64,000 nt of DNA, taken from assembly GCF_963921235.1 (NCBI RefSeq), contig NC_086098.1:237088001-237152000 (forward strand). The letters run 5' to 3'. The notes beneath the pieces were generated by a model. The model worked only from the letters and a program-made list of their open reading frames with translations. It searched no databases and was not told the origin of the DNA. The translations under genes and the position numbers were made by a program. Positions 61,211-64,000 of the stretch are shown piece by piece (position 1 is the first letter of the stretch; every line of letters begins with the position of its first letter). Origin of the DNA: Mobula hypostoma (lineage: Eukaryota).

Positions 61211-64000
61211 TGTTACGTACCCCTTAACTGGGTAAAAATCATGGGCATGAATGCACATTATTAGATACACACTAATATACAGGGTCATCAGCTATTCGGC
61301 TAATACAGAGAACTTTAAGTTTCAACACCTCGACAGACAGTAAGCAGTCACATTGTCCGTTCCTTTTATATGTTTTATTTTAATATCAAATTCCTGTAAG
61401 ACCAGGCTCCAACTTAGTAACCTTTGATTTTTATCCTTCGTAGTGGCCAAAAACTCTAATGGGTTGTGATCAGTGTAAATTATCAGTTGTTTCCGTGCCG
61501 GACAAACATAACAAAGGTCGTCCCACACAAACTTCGCATTCTTTGGCAAGAGCTTAGTAAAAGGGAGGGTAATATCCGCAAAGTTTTTGCAAAACTTCCG
61601 ATAGTACCCCGCCATCCCCAAGAACCTTCTCAGTGCTCTTTTGTCTGTCGGGGTGGGGACTTCAGAGATAGCCCGCACCTTAGCCTGCATCGGTGCCAGC
61701 TGCCCCTGTCCTACCACAAATCCCAGAAAAGTGACCTTCGTGTGGCCGAATTCACTTTTTGCGAGGTTCACTGTCAGGCCGGCTTCAAACAGCTGTTTAA
61801 ACAGTTCTTCTATTGCCACAATGTGCTCCTCCCACGTGTCACTCCAGACCACTAAATCGTCAATATACGCTTCTGCGTTCTTTAGCCCTATTGTCACCGA
61901 ATTAATCATCCTATAGGGGTATTGTTTACTATGCTGACCTGATGTGACAGCAACACCATGTACCGTCTCTTTGCATCGCCCCGGGATATCCGAACATACG
62001 TCTGCGTGCCAGTTAATTAGCTTTCTCAGCGGCTTGCTCTGTTCGGGGGTTAAGGGAGAGCCCTTATCAGCAAAGTTGGCCAAAACAATAGAATTGTCCC
62101 ATCTGGTCGGCACCATACTTATCTTTTCAAAATGGGTTTTCCCCTTATCAGGTGGCACCCTAGCCTCATTAATTTTCGTGATAACACCGACTAGTCCTGC
62201 TTCCTTATCGTGGTAAGTGGTCAACATATTAATAGGCTGTGTCGGCTCACGTCTACAATACTCAATAATATCGTCCCTCATGCTCGGCCAGTAGAACTCT
62301 TTCATAATTCTATCGATTATCTTCCTTACCCCAAAATGTCCACCGAAGGGTATCTTGTGGGCCAGGTTAAAAATCTCATCCCCATAAATTTTCGGCAGTA
62401 CCACCCCCCACTCCTCATCTGCGGCACGGTACTTGGTCTCCATTCCCTCATTAGTACTCCCTCCTTCATATAATAGCCCACTGGCTTCCTTTTTAATTCT
62501 GCTTCGGAGAGAGCTGTCTCCGTCAAAACCATTAGCTCCTCGTCACGCTCCTGTGCCTGTATAAATTCCTTCCGCGCTAATGATAAATCTACCTCACTTC
62601 CTTCCTCTCCACTATGCTCCTTCTTCTCACTTTCTAACCCCTCCTTGTACAAGGCCGTTAAAAACGTCTCAGCGAAATCTATATTCGTTTCGGTAGCCTT
62701 TCTGGACATGCGCCGAGTCACTGCGCAAACGGGATAAATCTGTGAGTCTATGGGCAGGGCCTCAAGCCTGGCAGGTTTGCTTGTCAGTTTTACTGCTGGG
62801 TACACCTCTCTATCGGCGAGGTCATTACCGAATAAGACCTCCACGTCTTCCATCGGTAGTTCGGGCCTCACCCCAATCGTGACCGGTCCGGAGACCAAGT
62901 CGCTTTTTAGGTGTATCTGGTGCAAAGGTACTGCTTCAGTCCCTTTCCCAATTCCTTTTATCACACTGATCTCCCCAGTCCCGGTCTCTGAACTAAAGTC
63001 TAACACACTCCTTAAGATCAATGACTGACAAGCTCCAGTGTCTCTCCAGATCCGTACTGGAACTGGGTTTGACCCCTCCTTCACCGACACCAATCCGGCC
63101 GAAATAAACTTCTCGCGCCCTTCCTGAACTCTATCAGACCTCTTCTCCCCTGGCGGTTTTGTTTGCCGGCTCACTACAGCCAGTCGGAGTCGTCGTTTTT
63201 CCTTTCCCCGTCTCCTGCTTTGGGGCAAAGGACCTGGACGCAAAGTGACCGGCTTTCCCACAGTTATAGCATACGACCCCAGGAGACTTCCTACCAAACT
63301 GCTTCCTGTCTTCCTTATCCTTCTCACTAGTCCCCGGCTTACTTTCTGGCTTTTCCGGCGGACTATCTCCGTGCTCTCGACTACCCTTGTGGTAGCTTTT
63401 ACTCGGAGTAAACTTTGCTTTGTGTGCTAACGCGTACTCATCCGCTAACTTAGCAGTTGCGGCTAAGGTTTCTGCCTTTTTCTCATCTAGACAGGGCCTC
63501 ATACCTTCAGGGACACAACCTTTAAACTGCTCAATCAGTATTAGCTGTAGCAGTCTGTCATAATCCCCATTGATCCCTTTCGAGGCGCACCAACGCTCAC
63601 AATACATCTGCATCTCACGGGCAAACTCTAAATAGGTGCGGCCCCACTACTTCCTCACATTCCGGAACCTCTGCCGGTATGCCTCCGGGACCAACTCATA
63701 AATCCTGAGTATCACCTCTTTCACCACATCATACCTCTGGGCATCTTCTGCGGACAATGCCGAGGAAGCTTGCTGGGCTTTCCCTTTAAGTACGCTCTGA
63801 AGCAAAACAGCCCACTTATCCCTCAGCCAGTCCTGAATTGCAGCCACTTTTTCAAAATGTAGAAAGTACCGATCAACATTGGCTTCCTCAAATGGGGGAA
63901 CCAGCCGAACCTCCTGGGTCGCCCTGAACCCTGTACCTTGGTTCGGCATGGGGCCCTGTGCTAGCGTCATCCTTAACTTCTGCCACTTCTCAGCCCAATT
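61211..64000 (-). mobile_element. Gmr1-type Gypsy LTR retrotransposon, internally deleted, running off the window
   Basis: Domain order on the minus strand: gag (VPPFEE..VDRYFLHFEK, a SCAN-like LILIEQFK..P segment, knuckle CYNCGKAGH), protease DTG (63034-63042), integrase Zn-binding LAH....GGHFG....RI..EFYWP (~62270-62370), RT YIDD (61856-61867), RNase H tail TDHNPL/IKHIKG.DN..A..LSR. The terminal TGTTACGTACCCC is shared with the solo LTRs. Confidence 0.88.

Noticed and set aside
1-64000. CRISPR arrays, rRNA/tRNA genes, prokaryotic systems
   Set aside because: The sequence is vertebrate. I saw no repeat-spacer arrays or recognisable structural RNA genes, though no covariance search was run.

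Overview
This is eukaryotic, repeat-rich vertebrate DNA, almost certainly from a cartilaginous fish and probably a ray or skate (inference). The only intact host gene I can support is an immunoglobulin light-chain minicluster of the cartilaginous-fish type I (sigma-cart/NS5-like) class on the minus strand. It has a leader exon at 36282-36330, an already fused in-frame V-J exon with no RSS at 35788-36147, and a C exon at 34117-34445. These splice in frame to a 245-aa chain. About 29 kb away in the same orientation (~1985-8070) lies a decayed paralogue of the whole cluster. Its leader exon is deleted, and everything from V-FR1 to the last ~14 codons of C is replaced by a 5'-truncated CR1 LINE that itself carries a solo LTR. 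The rest is mostly transposable-element debris: many nested CR1 LINEs, Rex1/Babar LINE pieces, two kinds of restriction-like-endonuclease retroelements (Hero-like and R4/Dong-like), Penelope-like fragments with decayed hammerhead cores, a Tc1, mariner-derived MITEs, four solo LTRs, and an internally deleted Gmr1-type Gypsy element (integrase before RT) running off the right edge. Most ORFs in the supplied track are TE fragments, antisense shadows or microsatellite artefacts. All alignments and identities were judged by eye, and TE boundaries are approximate unless a TSD is given. I see no convincing wholly new system; the best leads are listed under findings.
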